From: an uncultured Candidatus Rokubacteria bacterium
GTDB taxonomy: Bacteria; Methylomirabilota; Methylomirabilia; Rokubacteriales; DASRDR01
Length of the DNA: 64,000 nt
Reading direction: 5' to 3'
Assembly (NCBI GenBank): GCA_963805625.1
Contig: CAWDVE010000017.1
Location: 544,001 to 608,000, forward strand
Shown here: positions 50,995-61,393 of the stretch, piece by piece
Layout: each line of letters begins with the position of its first letter
Numbering within the stretch: position 1 is the first letter of the stretch
Notes under the pieces: model-generated
Databases searched by the model: none
The model's input: the letters and a program-made list of their open reading frames with translations, nothing else
Told to the model about the DNA's origin: nothing
Program-made: the position numbers and the translations under genes

Positions 50995-51630
50995 TCAGTA
51001 TCCGTCACGGCCATGCGGGGCGGCCACCTTGCCCCGGAGCAGGCGGAACAGCAGAACGAAGTAGGCAACGGCCAGGGGAGCCCCAACGACCCACCAGCCG
51101 AGGGCGGTCACCAGGCTGGTCGCCGGCACACTCGCATTGTAGGCGGTGAGGGAGCCGCCGTCGCTGCCGATCGAGCGCAGCATCACCGGGAAGACGCAGG
51201 CCGCGGTCGCCGCCAGCATGCCCGCCAGGAAGGCACAGGATCCGAGGAACGCCGAGAGGGGCCGATCCGCGCGCAGGCCGCGGCGAACGCCGAGCAGCCC
51301 GCCGATGGCCAGCAGGAGCGACAGCCACGCCAGCGGCCGGCCCGGCAGCGCCGCCAGCATCGGCGCGTTGACGAGCCACGTCGCGACCGTCAGGAGTGGC
51401 CAGAGCACGGCCACCCCCGCGTAGAGATGCCCCGCCGCCCGCCGGCTCCGCTCGTGCACGGGCCCGTCCGACTTCCACAGGAGAAACGTGGCGCCGTGGC
51501 CGGCGAGGGCGGTCAGCGCGAACACGCCGGCGAGGACCGTGTACCAGTCGAGGATGCCGACCGGCGTTCTCGTGTCGGTGGCCAACCCCGTGGCGGAGGG
51601 GCTCTTCGGCGAGGGGGAGGCGGTGGCCAT
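50995..51630 (-). pseudogene. cydB: C-terminal fragment of cytochrome bd oxidase subunit II
   Basis: GILDWYTVLAG...HGATFL..K...FPVMLRS...SLTAYNAS...FRLLRGKV; N-terminal part absent, no cydA nearby. Confidence 0.75.
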
Positions 51631-51771
51631 CGCGTTCCCCGCGCACCCAGTCGCCCTCGTTCCAACATCGTAGCAGCCGGCCCCAACCCCGGCCGCCGTC
51701 CCTCCTGGGAGCTGGAGTCTACGCGAACCCCGGTCTCTCCAGGGCGGCCGGGACGAGCAGCTCCCGAGCCC

Positions 51772-54294
51772 TCACACCCAGTCGAGGGCCTTCAGCAAGC
51801 CACGCTGCTCTTCCAGTCGCTTCGTCCGATCCCTGGCGAACCGCGTGACCCCCGCGAAGATCGACTCGGGATCCAGATGCGCCTCGGCGATGACGTCCGC
51901 CTCGAGCCCGCCCGTCAGCCACTGATTGTCCCAGTCGGACGTCAGGGAGTACTCGTCGGTCAGCGAGCCGACGTTCCGCAAGGGCCACATCCGGCGCGTG
52001 CCCGAGCTGACGAACATGAGATCCTGCCGCGCCTCCGGCGGAAGGATGGCTCTCTGATAGGCGGCGGTCTGCCGATCGAACAGGTCCTCGCTGATCGCGG
52101 AGATGACCTTCACGTTGATCCCCGCCTGCTCCAGCCGCGGCAGGACGCTCACCAGGTTGAACGTGGCGCTCGACCCCTGCGCGACCACGTAGCCGTGCCT
52201 CGGCTGGCCCGGCGCGAAGTCCCGGATGACGTAGAGCCCCTTCGCCGCGGCGCGGATGTCAGTGTCCGCGAACTTGGTGCGATCCGCCACCTTGAAGTCC
52301 GGCCGCGCCACCTCGATGATGATGACGCCCACCTTCTTCTCGCGTGCCGCGATCTCGGCCGCCGCAAAGTATCCCGGCGCGACGTCGTTGTAGTCCCAGA
52401 AGCTCAGGTGGATCGCGTGACCGCGCGGGAAGAGCTTCCACACCTGCGGGGAGAAGATCCCGAAGTGCGTCCGGGCGTCGGCCGCCGTCTCCGGGCCGGA
52501 GTGCCCGGCCAGGATGTGTAGAACCCCCATCCGGAACTTGCTGTCCTGGTTCTGCTGGCTCCAGACGCGCGCGGGCAGGTACATCAACGGCGTGAACGCC
52601 CCGTAGGTGCCGCTGAACGCCCAGACGCCCGCAAACTTGTCGGGGTCGACCGACGCACTCTGGCTGACCAGGCCGATCGCCGTCGACACGTTGCCGGCCT
52701 CCTGGATCGCCGCCTTGAGGCGTGTGCCGAGCGGATTCGTGTCGGGATCGTAGTGCCCCCAGAGGCTACCGTGCTCCAGGTTCACCGACTCCGACAGGTC
52801 CGCGGCCAGTGTGAGCGCGCGGTTCTCGGTGACGTAGTTCAGCCACTTGACGATCTCCGAGATGCCGCGGCGCGCGCCTGCGACCTCGCCGTACTTCCGG
52901 AAGAGCGCGACCTTGACCTGCTTCTCCGCCCCCGAGAGCGGGTTCTTCACGGAGAGGGTCTGCGGCTCCTCGGGAAGGTTCGCGACACGAAGCCGGTCGT
53001 CCTGGAAGGGGTCGTGCCGGACGTCGATGCGGACCTTCAGGTCGTCCGTGAGCGAGTCGCCGATCTCCACCAGGCGATCGGCCAGCCACTCGCCGAGCTC
53101 GTGGCGATCGAGGACGGACATCGCGACGTCGATGTTCGTCTTGAACTGGATCAGGCGCTCGCGCGGGTCGGTCACCGCGCCGTCGCGGATCCCGACGAAC
53201 TTCACCCCGTAGCGCTGCTCGAAGGTCTGCGCGAGCGAAACGAAGTACTCCGAGTTCATCTTGAAGGCGTAGGGGTGGCTCGGATACCCCACGATCTGGT
53301 CCGCGCCCGGGAGCTTTCCGTTCACCGCGCCGGGCCAGTACCCCTTGATCGTCTTGCCGAACACGATCATCGGCCGGCGATCGCGAGGGTCCCACTCCTC
53401 CATGTTCCTCAGCACCCGGACGATCTGGTCGTAATCGTGGCCGTCCGGGATGGACAGGACGTTCCAGCCGTAGGACGTCCACTGATCGATCAGGCGGTAA
53501 CCGTCAAACTTCCGGCTCACCACGCCGCCGATCAGCGCGTCGTCGATGCCGGCATTGTTGTCGGAGAAGAAGATCCGGAGGCGCTTGCCCACCTGGAGCG
53601 CGATGGCCTGCGTCTTCAGCTCCTGGGCGTGGCCCGCGCACATCGCGAACTCGCCCTCGAAGGCGACGACCTTGGGCGACCCCGCCGGCGCGCCGATGAA
53701 GTCCCAGAACGCGGCCTTGCCCGCCGCGGTGGCGATCCCGATCCCCGATGGGCCGCCGTTGACGTCGTTCGTGACGTCCGTCGATTCGATGTGCCCCGAC
53801 AGCGCTCGAATGCCGCGGCCGCGAGCCTGCGCGAACAGCGGATGATCGGTGAGTCCCTGCTCGGCGAGCAGGGTCTTCAGGGCGCCGGCGCCACGCCGGA
53901 ACCCCAGCGCGTCCACCGACAGCATGGCCGCGTCGGGCGCCACGTGATAGCGCCGATCGCCCGTGGCCTCGTGCCGGCGGTACATCGCCTCGCCCATGAT
54001 CATCCACAGCGCGTAGCAGGTGGGGGCACAGTGGCCGGCGGCCAGCATGAACTTGTCGGCGTACGGGTGCTTTTGCCGCCGGTAGTCGAAGCGCAGCCCG
54101 CCCGAGGCCGGCCCCGCCAGGTGCGTTGCCACGTTGAATGGCGTGTAGGCGAGCGGGCCCCCGAAGTGCCCGGTCTGCGCGTAGTTACCGAGCAGCACCA
54201 GCGTCATGCACGTCATGTAGCCGACGTCTTCGAGTCGCTGCCGCTCCGATGGCACCTTCGATCCGCCGACCGACACTGGCGACGCTTGGCTCAT
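51772..54294 (-). CDS. Atypical transketolase-like ThDP-dependent enzyme
   Basis: TGHFGG, AAGH, SGH, GGPSGIG, FEGEF...SDNNAGID, DGHD, TIKG, AADL, HSG...DARTH. Confidence 0.8.
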   Translation of the reverse strand: MSQASPVSVGGSKVPSERQRLEDVGYMTCMTLVLLGNYAQTGHFGGPLAYTPFNVATHLAGPASGGLRFDYRRQKHPYADKFMLAAGHCAPTCYALWMIMGEAMYRRHEATGDRRYHVAPDAAMLSVDALGFRRGAGALKTLLAEQGLTDHPLFAQARGRGIRALSGHIESTDVTNDVNGGPSGIGIATAAGKAAFWDFIGAPAGSPKVVAFEGEFAMCAGHAQELKTQAIALQVGKRLRIFFSDNNAGIDDALIGGVVSRKFDGYRLIDQWTSYGWNVLSIPDGHDYDQIVRVLRNMEEWDPRDRRPMIVFGKTIKGYWPGAVNGKLPGADQIVGYPSHPYAFKMNSEYFVSLAQTFEQRYGVKFVGIRDGAVTDPRERLIQFKTNIDVAMSVLDRHELGEWLADRLVEIGDSLTDDLKVRIDVRHDPFQDDRLRVANLPEEPQTLSVKNPLSGAEKQVKVALFRKYGEVAGARRGISEIVKWLNYVTENRALTLAADLSESVNLEHGSLWGHYDPDTNPLGTRLKAAIQEAGNVSTAIGLVSQSASVDPDKFAGVWAFSGTYGAFTPLMYLPARVWSQQNQDSKFRMGVLHILAGHSGPETAADARTHFGIFSPQVWKLFPRGHAIHLSFWDYNDVAPGYFAAAEIAAREKKVGVIIIEVARPDFKVADRTKFADTDIRAAAKGLYVIRDFAPGQPRHGYVVAQGSSATFNLVSVLPRLEQAGINVKVISAISEDLFDRQTAAYQRAILPPEARQDLMFVSSGTRRMWPLRNVGSLTDEYSLTSDWDNQWLTGGLEADVIAEAHLDPESIFAGVTRFARDRTKRLEEQRGLLKALDWV

Positions 54295-54595
54295 TGGAAT
54301 CTCCCACCCTTCCCGTGTGGATGACGGTTCGGCCGCGACACGCTCCGGGCGGCTGGCACCCGCGAACTCCCCGTGTGCCCGAGGCATTGTCCGAGGCTGC
54401 CCGAGAATTCTACCCGAAGTTGGGCGGTTCGGGGATGAGGGGCGGATCGCCCAGAGGGCCCGGTGGCGGGCCGGCCAGCCGGGTCCCCGTCCTGGGCGGA
54501 ATCCGAGAGCGGAGCCCGCCTCCCCCCGCAGGCTCAGCCGGCTTTCAGGGACGCCGTGCGGCCGAGCGGGGCCGGTGCCGGCCCCGCTCGTGAGG

Positions 54596-56083
54596 CTAGT
54601 GCCCCGCCATGCTTGGGGTGCCCTCGCCGTGGAAGACCTCCGGGTTGTCTGCGCCCTCGACGATCAGGAATCCGGCCAGGCCGCGCTCGAGTCGTGACAG
54701 CGCGTGGTCCACCAGGATGTAGCGGCCCGGCACCTGGAGCTTGAACTCGACGATCGTGGCCCCGCCCGCGGGGACGGTCGTCGTCTGCACGTTGGTCGCT
54801 CCGGGCGAGCCGATGGCTGCCTGGTCGTACACGTGGTCGAAGATCTCGCCGATGACGTGGAACGAGGACGTGGCGTTCGGTCCGCCCACGCCGAAGTAGA
54901 TCCGGACCGTCTCGCCGACCGTGGCCTTCATCGGATGCTCGGCCGTGAGAGCGCCCACCGCGCCGTTGAAGACGAAGTACTCGGCGCGTTCGGCGAGGAG
55001 CTTCTCGACGCTGAATTCGTCGTGACCTCGCTGCCCGAAGGCCCGGTCGGTGTAGAGCTCGCCCTGCATGACGTAGAACTCGCGATCGACCTTCGGCAGA
55101 CCGCCCACCGGCTCCACCAGGATGAGCCCGTACATTCCGCTGGTGATGTGGTTGGCCACCATCGGCGTCGCGCAGTGATAGACGTATAGCCCCGGGTTGA
55201 GCGCCTTGAAGCTGAATGCCTTCGTCTCGCCGGGCGGGGTCTGGGTCATCACGGCGCCGCCCCCGGGCCCGGTCACCGCGTGAAGGTCGATGGAGTGGAT
55301 CATCCGGCTGGTCTCGCGGTTCTTGAAGGTGAGCTTCACCGTGTCGCCCACGCGCACGCGAAGGAACGGCCCCGGGACCTTGCCGTTGAAGGTCCAGTAG
55401 TTGTAGGTCGTCTCGTTTGCCAGCCTTCCGATCAGCTCCACTGCCTCCAGCTCGATCGCCACCGTCTGGGGCGCCCCTGCCGGGAGCGGGCCCGGGAGGT
55501 CTGCCGGGTTCCGGGCGATGCTGACCGAGGGGGGCAAGGCCGCCACCGCGGGCTTGCCCCCGCCCACCACGAGCTTTCCCTCCATCCCCGCCTGCCGATG
55601 CCCCGGCAGCGAGCAGAAGTACGCGAACTCGCCTGCCTGATCAGCACGGAACACGGTGACGCTGCTTGCGCCCTTGCGGTTGACGCGGTCGGTGGCGGCC
55701 TTGAATTCCGGGAACACGACGTCGTGCTCCACCCCGTCGCCGTTGATGATGCCGACCTGGACGACGTCACCCTCAGCCACGCGAAGGGTCGGGTTGACGA
55801 TTCCCTCGATGTCGCCGCCGACGCCGACGAAGGCCATCTTGCCCTCGGCCAGCTCGGTGCGCAGGCGGAAGCGCACGTTCGGCGTGTAGTCCGCCGCCGG
55901 ACTCTGCTTGGAGACCTGCGGCGCGGCTGGCGCGGCCGGGGCTGGCTGGGCTGGTGCCGCCGGCCGGCTCTGGGCCATGTGGGCCTTCCCACCACCATGG
56001 GACATCTGGGCGCCAGCCTCAGGTGCCAGGGCAGGAACGAAGAGCCAGACGACGCACAGGAGGGAGGTCAGGAGGGAGATCAT
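54596..56083 (-). CDS. nirK: Copper-containing nitrite reductase with extra N-terminal cupredoxin
   Basis: Signal peptide; H...YFCSLPGHRQAGM; WTFNGKVPGP, HSIDLH, YHCAT...HITSGM, SFHVIGE, VDHAL. Confidence 0.95.
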   Translation of the reverse strand: MISLLTSLLCVVWLFVPALAPEAGAQMSHGGGKAHMAQSRPAAPAQPAPAAPAAPQVSKQSPAADYTPNVRFRLRTELAEGKMAFVGVGGDIEGIVNPTLRVAEGDVVQVGIINGDGVEHDVVFPEFKAATDRVNRKGASSVTVFRADQAGEFAYFCSLPGHRQAGMEGKLVVGGGKPAVAALPPSVSIARNPADLPGPLPAGAPQTVAIELEAVELIGRLANETTYNYWTFNGKVPGPFLRVRVGDTVKLTFKNRETSRMIHSIDLHAVTGPGGGAVMTQTPPGETKAFSFKALNPGLYVYHCATPMVANHITSGMYGLILVEPVGGLPKVDREFYVMQGELYTDRAFGQRGHDEFSVEKLLAERAEYFVFNGAVGALTAEHPMKATVGETVRIYFGVGGPNATSSFHVIGEIFDHVYDQAAIGSPGATNVQTTTVPAGGATIVEFKLQVPGRYILVDHALSRLERGLAGFLIVEGADNPEVFHGEGTPSMAGH

Positions 56084-56351
56084 GACTATCCTTTCCGCCG
56101 GGCTATAGGATCGCTCCGGCCTGTGCCGATCAACCGCGGGTGTGATCACTGCACTGGTGGTGCCAGCCAGGCCCCGCGCCTCGAATGCTGATCTGTGCGG
56201 AGATGCAGCCGCCGTGGCTGCAGGGGGCTGGGTCACATGCGCCCCATCGGGGCATTGGAGGGTCACCGTCCCGCCGGGCCCCGGGTCACTCCCTGACGCC
56301 GGCGGGGCGCCGCGACCGTGCTGATCGCTGGGATACACTGGCGCCACCACC

Positions 56352-57386
56352 ATGGCGCCATCCTGGATGGAGTCCGAGATCCGGAGTCAGCCCGCCATGC
56401 TCACCCGGCTCGCCGAGGATGCGGCGCCGCTGGTGGCCGAGCTCGGCCGGGCGATCGGGCGGCGGCGACCCCGGTTCGCCGTGCTGGCCGCGCGCGGCTC
56501 GTCCGACCACGCTGCGATCTACGGGAAGTACCTCCTCGAGATTCAGGCTGGCCTCGTCGCTTCCCTGGCCGCGCCGTCCGTCTACTCGGTCTACGAGCGG
56601 AGCCCGGACGTCCGGGACGCGCTCGCCATCGGTATCTCCCAGTCTGGGCAATCGCCCGACATCGTCTCGGCCATCGACGGGGCCCGGCGCGCTGGAGCCC
56701 TCGCGCTCGCGGTGACCAACGACGAGACCTCCCCACTTGCCAGGGCCGCCGACCTCGTGCTGCCCCTGGGCGTGGGACTCGAGCGCAGCATCGCGGCCAC
56801 CAAGACGTTCACGGCCGAGCTCCTCGCGCTCTGGCTCCTCGTCGGCGCCGTCGCGGGCGCGGACCCGGCGCCCGCGCGTGGTGTGGGCGAGCAGGTCGCG
56901 CATGCCCTCGATGCGGCCGAGCGCGCGCTCGCCGGGCTCTCGCTCGGAGATGCGGCGGGCCCGGTCGTGGTGGTGGGCCGCGGATACAGCTTCCCGATCG
57001 CCCTCGAGATCGCCCTCAAGCTCCGAGAGGTCGGCGTCCGGAACGCTCAGGGGTTCTCCGCGGCCGACCTGCTGCACGGCCACATCGCGGCGGTCCGCCC
57101 GGGCACGGCCGCCGTCCTGGCCGGCGCGGCTGGCCCGACTCTCCCGAGCCTGGTCGATTGCGCGGCGGCCCTCCGCGCGCGCGGGGCGCGGACCTTCGTG
57201 ATGAGCGACGCCCCCGAGCTGCGCCAGTCGGCGGACGTCAGGGTCCCGCTCCAGGCGGCGACCGAGAGTCTGGCGGCGATCCCCATGACCGTCGTCGGTC
57301 AGTGGCTCACCCTTCAGGACGCGGTGACCCGGGGGCTCGACCCGGATCGGCCTCCCGGTCTCTCGAAGATTGTCCGCACGGTCTGA
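56352..57386 (+). CDS. Double SIS-domain sugar-phosphate isomerase/deaminase
   Basis: EIRSQP, ARGSSDHA, ISQSGQSPD, AATKTF, EIALKLRE, HG, LSKIVRT; no glutaminase domain. Confidence 0.9.
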   Translation: MAPSWMESEIRSQPAMLTRLAEDAAPLVAELGRAIGRRRPRFAVLAARGSSDHAAIYGKYLLEIQAGLVASLAAPSVYSVYERSPDVRDALAIGISQSGQSPDIVSAIDGARRAGALALAVTNDETSPLARAADLVLPLGVGLERSIAATKTFTAELLALWLLVGAVAGADPAPARGVGEQVAHALDAAERALAGLSLGDAAGPVVVVGRGYSFPIALEIALKLREVGVRNAQGFSAADLLHGHIAAVRPGTAAVLAGAAGPTLPSLVDCAAALRARGARTFVMSDAPELRQSADVRVPLQAATESLAAIPMTVVGQWLTLQDAVTRGLDPDRPPGLSKIVRTV

Positions 57387-57547
57387 CTGTGGCAGGCCGC
57401 CAGCGGCCGCACGACGCGCGGAGCGGGTCTTGCCCGGACGCTGGAAGCCGTGCTTTTCTTCATGCAACAGCATCGTAGGGTAGCCGGGCGAGACGAACCC
57501 GGGGACGGACCTTGAAAGGGCGGCTTCGAGCCGCGGAGGAGCCGAGA

Positions 57548-58570
57548 ATGAAGGGGACGATCCGAAAGGCGTGCGGGATCGCGCTGGGCGGCGCGCTGGC
57601 GTGGCTCGGTCTCCTGGCGGCGCCGGCCGCCGGCCAGGGGAAACCCGAGGGCGAGGTCGTTGTCTACTCGGCGGCGGACGCCGACATGGTGAACGCCATG
57701 GTCGCGGCGTTCCAGCAGAAGTACCCAGCGGTCAAGGTCTCGACGGTGGTTGCCGGCACCGGGGAGGTCATCAAGCGGGTCGAGGCGGAGGCGAGCCGCC
57801 CGCTCGGCGACGTGCTGTGGAGCGTGGGTCCCGAGAGCCTCGGCGCCAAGAAGAGCCTTCTCGCGCCCTACGAGAGCCGGGAGGCCGCAGCGTTCTTCCC
57901 GGGCCAGGCGCCGTCAGACCGCGTCTGGACGCCATTCACCGTCATGCCCTACATCATCATGTACAACAAGAAGCTCGTGCCGGACGGTGAGGCACCCAAG
58001 GCCTGGAAGGACGTGCTGGACGCTCGGTGGAAGGGGAAGGTCGCCTACGCGGACGCGAGCAAGTCCGGCTCGTCCTACACGCTGCTCGTGACCTGGCTGA
58101 CGGTCTTTGGGAAGAACGACACGGGCTGGAAGTTCGTGGAAGACGTCCTCCGCCAGTCCAAGGTGCTGCCCAAGTCGAGCATGACGTATCAGATGGTGGC
58201 GAACGCCGAGATCCCCATCGGCCTCACCTTCGAGCAGGCGGCGTTCGACTATCTCAAGGGCGGGGCTCCCATCGGGATCGTGTATCCATCGGAAGGCACG
58301 GCCATCATCCCCGACGGCAGCGCGCTCATCGCCAACGCGCCTCACCCGAACGCGGCACGCCTCTTCCTCGACTTCACGGTCTCGAAGGAGGGGCAGGCGC
58401 TCGTCGTCGAGAAGTTCGGCCGCCGGTCCGTGCGTCGTGACGTCGCGACCCCCGCGGGCCTGCCGACGCTCGACAAGATCAAGCCGATCACCTACGACCT
58501 CCAGTGGGCCGCCGACAACCGCGCCGAGATCCTCAAGCGGTTCCAGGACACGCTGATCAAGACCCAGTGA
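57548..58570 (+). CDS. ABC substrate-binding protein (Fe3+/AfuA/2-AEP class)
   Basis: Signal peptide, VVVYS, AGTGE, PKAWKD, ASKSGSS, YPSEGT, PNAARLF. Confidence 0.88.
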   Translation: MKGTIRKACGIALGGALAWLGLLAAPAAGQGKPEGEVVVYSAADADMVNAMVAAFQQKYPAVKVSTVVAGTGEVIKRVEAEASRPLGDVLWSVGPESLGAKKSLLAPYESREAAAFFPGQAPSDRVWTPFTVMPYIIMYNKKLVPDGEAPKAWKDVLDARWKGKVAYADASKSGSSYTLLVTWLTVFGKNDTGWKFVEDVLRQSKVLPKSSMTYQMVANAEIPIGLTFEQAAFDYLKGGAPIGIVYPSEGTAIIPDGSALIANAPHPNAARLFLDFTVSKEGQALVVEKFGRRSVRRDVATPAGLPTLDKIKPITYDLQWAADNRAEILKRFQDTLIKTQ

Positions 58571-58625
58571 GCGTCCGCTAGCCCGAGCTCCACTCTCCGC
58601 GCGGACTAGCCATCGCCGGGCGCCG

Positions 58626-59717
58626 ATGACACGGGTCCGCATCGACGGGATCGTCAAGCGCTTCGGCGAGGCGTCGGCGCTGAGCGGCGTCAGCCTCGAT
58701 CTGCCGCCCGGGGAACTCTTCACCCTGCTCGGCCCGAGCGGGTGCGGGAAGACCACGCTGCTCCGCATCGTGGCCGGATTGCTCGCCCAGGATGCGGGCT
58801 CCGTGGCGTTCGACGGGGTGCCGGTCGACCGCGTGCCGCCGTACCGGCGGAACATCGGCGTCGTGTTCCAGAGCTACGCGATCTTCCCGCACCTCACGGT
58901 CCGGCAGAACATCGCCTATGGACTCCGCGCGCGGCGGATGGACTCCGCGGGCGCGGCGGCGAAGGTGGTCGAGGCGGCCCGGATGGTCCAGATGGAGCCG
59001 CTCCTCGACCGCATGCCGGCCGCGCTCTCCGGAGGTCAGCAGCAGCGGGTCGTGCTGGCCCGGGCCCTCGTCATCGAGCCGCGCCTTCTCCTCATGGACG
59101 AGCCCCTGTCCAACCTGGACGCGAGGCTCCGCGTCGAGATACGGACCGTGATCCGCCGGCTCCAGCGGGCCCTCGGCATCACCACCCTCTACGTCACACA
59201 CGATCAGGAAGAGGCGCTCGCCATCTCGGACACCATCGCGGTCATGGACGGCGGAGAGGTCCTCCAGACCGGCCCGCCGTGGGCGCTCTACCGCGCCCCG
59301 CGGAACCGCTTCGTGGCGGAGTTCCTCGGGGGGATGAACGTCCTCGCGGGCCGGCTGACAAGTCCCGCAGGAGCGGGGGGCGTCACGGTGGTCGAGACCG
59401 ACTTCGGTGCGCCCTGGGGGGTGGCGGCGGACGGCCCGGCCCCGGGTGCCGGGCCGGTGTGGCTCGGGATCCGGCCGGAGTCACTCAGGATCGAGCCGCC
59501 CCCGGGTGCCGCGGACCGCTGGAACCAGGTGACGGGGACGGTGACGGAGGTCGGCTATCTCGGCGCCGTGGCGCGGTATCAGGTCGATGTCGCGTCCGGC
59601 GTCTCGCTGACGGTCGAGGTGCACGATCCGGATTTCCAGACCCTTCGACAGGTGGGTGACAGCGTGCGTCTCTGGTGCGACCCGGCCAAGGTCCGGATCC
59701 TGGCGCCGCATCCGTGA
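58626..59717 (+). CDS. ABC ATP-binding protein (PotA/AfuC class)
   Basis: GPSGCGKT, FQSYAIFPH, LSGGQQQR, MDEPLSNLD, TOBE-like tail. Confidence 0.95.
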   Translation: MTRVRIDGIVKRFGEASALSGVSLDLPPGELFTLLGPSGCGKTTLLRIVAGLLAQDAGSVAFDGVPVDRVPPYRRNIGVVFQSYAIFPHLTVRQNIAYGLRARRMDSAGAAAKVVEAARMVQMEPLLDRMPAALSGGQQQRVVLARALVIEPRLLLMDEPLSNLDARLRVEIRTVIRRLQRALGITTLYVTHDQEEALAISDTIAVMDGGEVLQTGPPWALYRAPRNRFVAEFLGGMNVLAGRLTSPAGAGGVTVVETDFGAPWGVAADGPAPGAGPVWLGIRPESLRIEPPPGAADRWNQVTGTVTEVGYLGAVARYQVDVASGVSLTVEVHDPDFQTLRQVGDSVRLWCDPAKVRILAPHP

Positions 59718-61393
59718 GCGGGACGGCCGTCCGTCCGGACGCACGACCGCGTCACCACGGCGATATCTGGTGGATCGTGAGCGCCCTCGGGTTCGCCGTC
59801 GTCCTCGCATTCCTCATCTGGCCCCTGGGACGGGTGCTGGCCGGTAGCGTCCTGGGCGAGAGCGGATGGCTCGCGCTCGGCGAGACCTACGGGCGCGTGG
59901 CTTCGCACCGATACTACTGGTCGAGTGTCCTCAACAGCCTTGGCCTGAGCGCAGCGGCCACGATCGGCGCGGTTCTCGTCGGTACGCCCTTGGCCGTCGC
60001 GCTGGCCCGGTACCCGATCCCGGGGACGGTCCTCGTCCGGACGGCGGCGAACCTTGCGCTCCTCTCGCCGCCGTTCATCGGCGCCTACTCCTGGGTCGTC
60101 CTCCTCGGGCGCAACGGCCTCGTGACCCGCTGGCTCGAACCCCTCGGGTGGCATGTCCCGACCATCTATGGCTACCGGGGCATCCTGCTGGCGTTCGTCG
60201 TCCAGTACTTCCCGCTAGTCTTCCTGCTCGTCTCGGGCGCGCTCACCGCCGTGGATCAGTCGATGGAAGACGCGGCGCTCAGCCTCGGGTCCCGCCCGCG
60301 ACAGGCTTTCTTTCGCGTCATCCTCCCCGTGATCCTCCCGTCGCTCACGGCGGGCGCCCTCCTCGTGTTCATGGCGACGATGGCCGATTTCGGCACCCCC
60401 ATGGTCCTCGGCGAGGGCTTGCGCACGCTCCCAACCCTCATGTACGGCGAGTTCATCAACGAGCTCGGCGGGAACCCCACGATGGCCAGCACGCTCGGGA
60501 GCCTCCTCATCCTGATCAACACGGCCGCCCTCATGGGGCAGCGCTACTGGGCCTTCCGGAAGGCCTATCACATCGTGTGCCTCCGGCCGCTCGAGCCGCG
60601 GCGCCCGCCGCGCGCCCGGCTCGCCGTGGCGTCGGCAGCCGTATACGGCGTGATCGCGCTCGCTCTCGTCCCCGCCGTGACCATCCTGGTGTCCTCGTTC
60701 ATGCCGACGCGGGGTCCGGTGATGTACCCGGGCCTGAGCCTCCAGAGCTACGCCACCGTGCTCCACCTCGTTCCGCGCGCGATCGCCAACACGTTCATGC
60801 TCACCGGCCTGGCCGTCGTCCTCGACGTTGCACTCGGGGTGCTCCTCGCGTACTGCCTCGCCCGGCGCCCGTCCCGGCCACACGCGGTGCTCGATGCTCT
60901 CATCATGCTGGCCTACGCGATTCCGGGCACGGTCGTCGGGGTCGGGCTGATCCTCGTCTACAATCGTCCGCCCATCGTCTTGACCGGGACCTGGGTCATC
61001 CTCCTCGTTTCCTACTTCATTCGCCACCTGCCCTATCCGGTGCGTGCCTGTACCGCGATGCTCCAGCAGATCGACGTCCGGGTCGAGGACGCATCGATCA
61101 GCCTCGGCGTCCCACCCTTCCGCACCTTCTTGCGGGTGACCGTGCCGCTCATGTTCCCCGCCATCGTGTCGGGCGCGACGCTCGCGTGGATCACGACGAT
61201 CGGCGAGCTGTCGTCGTCGATCCTGCTCTACTCGGGTCCGTGGGCGACGACGTCGGTCGCGATCTTCACCCAGGTCTTCAGCAACCACTTCGGCACGGCG
61301 TCCGCGCTCGCGTCGATCCTGATCGTGGCCGCCGCCGCGCCCCTGTTTCTCATGTACCGGCTCCTGGGCCGGCAGACCGCGGTGGCGCCGTGA
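59714..61393 (+). CDS. ABC permease (FbpB/AfuB double-domain)
   Basis: Two EAA-like loops (EDAALSLG, EDASISLG), DFGTP; GTGA overlap. Confidence 0.92.
   Translation: MSGTAVRPDARPRHHGDIWWIVSALGFAVVLAFLIWPLGRVLAGSVLGESGWLALGETYGRVASHRYYWSSVLNSLGLSAAATIGAVLVGTPLAVALARYPIPGTVLVRTAANLALLSPPFIGAYSWVVLLGRNGLVTRWLEPLGWHVPTIYGYRGILLAFVVQYFPLVFLLVSGALTAVDQSMEDAALSLGSRPRQAFFRVILPVILPSLTAGALLVFMATMADFGTPMVLGEGLRTLPTLMYGEFINELGGNPTMASTLGSLLILINTAALMGQRYWAFRKAYHIVCLRPLEPRRPPRARLAVASAAVYGVIALALVPAVTILVSSFMPTRGPVMYPGLSLQSYATVLHLVPRAIANTFMLTGLAVVLDVALGVLLAYCLARRPSRPHAVLDALIMLAYAIPGTVVGVGLILVYNRPPIVLTGTWVILLVSYFIRHLPYPVRACTAMLQQIDVRVEDASISLGVPPFRTFLRVTVPLMFPAIVSGATLAWITTIGELSSSILLYSGPWATTSVAIFTQVFSNHFGTASALASILIVAAAAPLFLMYRLLGRQTAVAP

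Noticed and set aside
56100-56200. FNR/NnrR box upstream of nirK
   Set aside because: Only a TTGAT half-site is present; there is no TTGAT-N4-ATCAA match.
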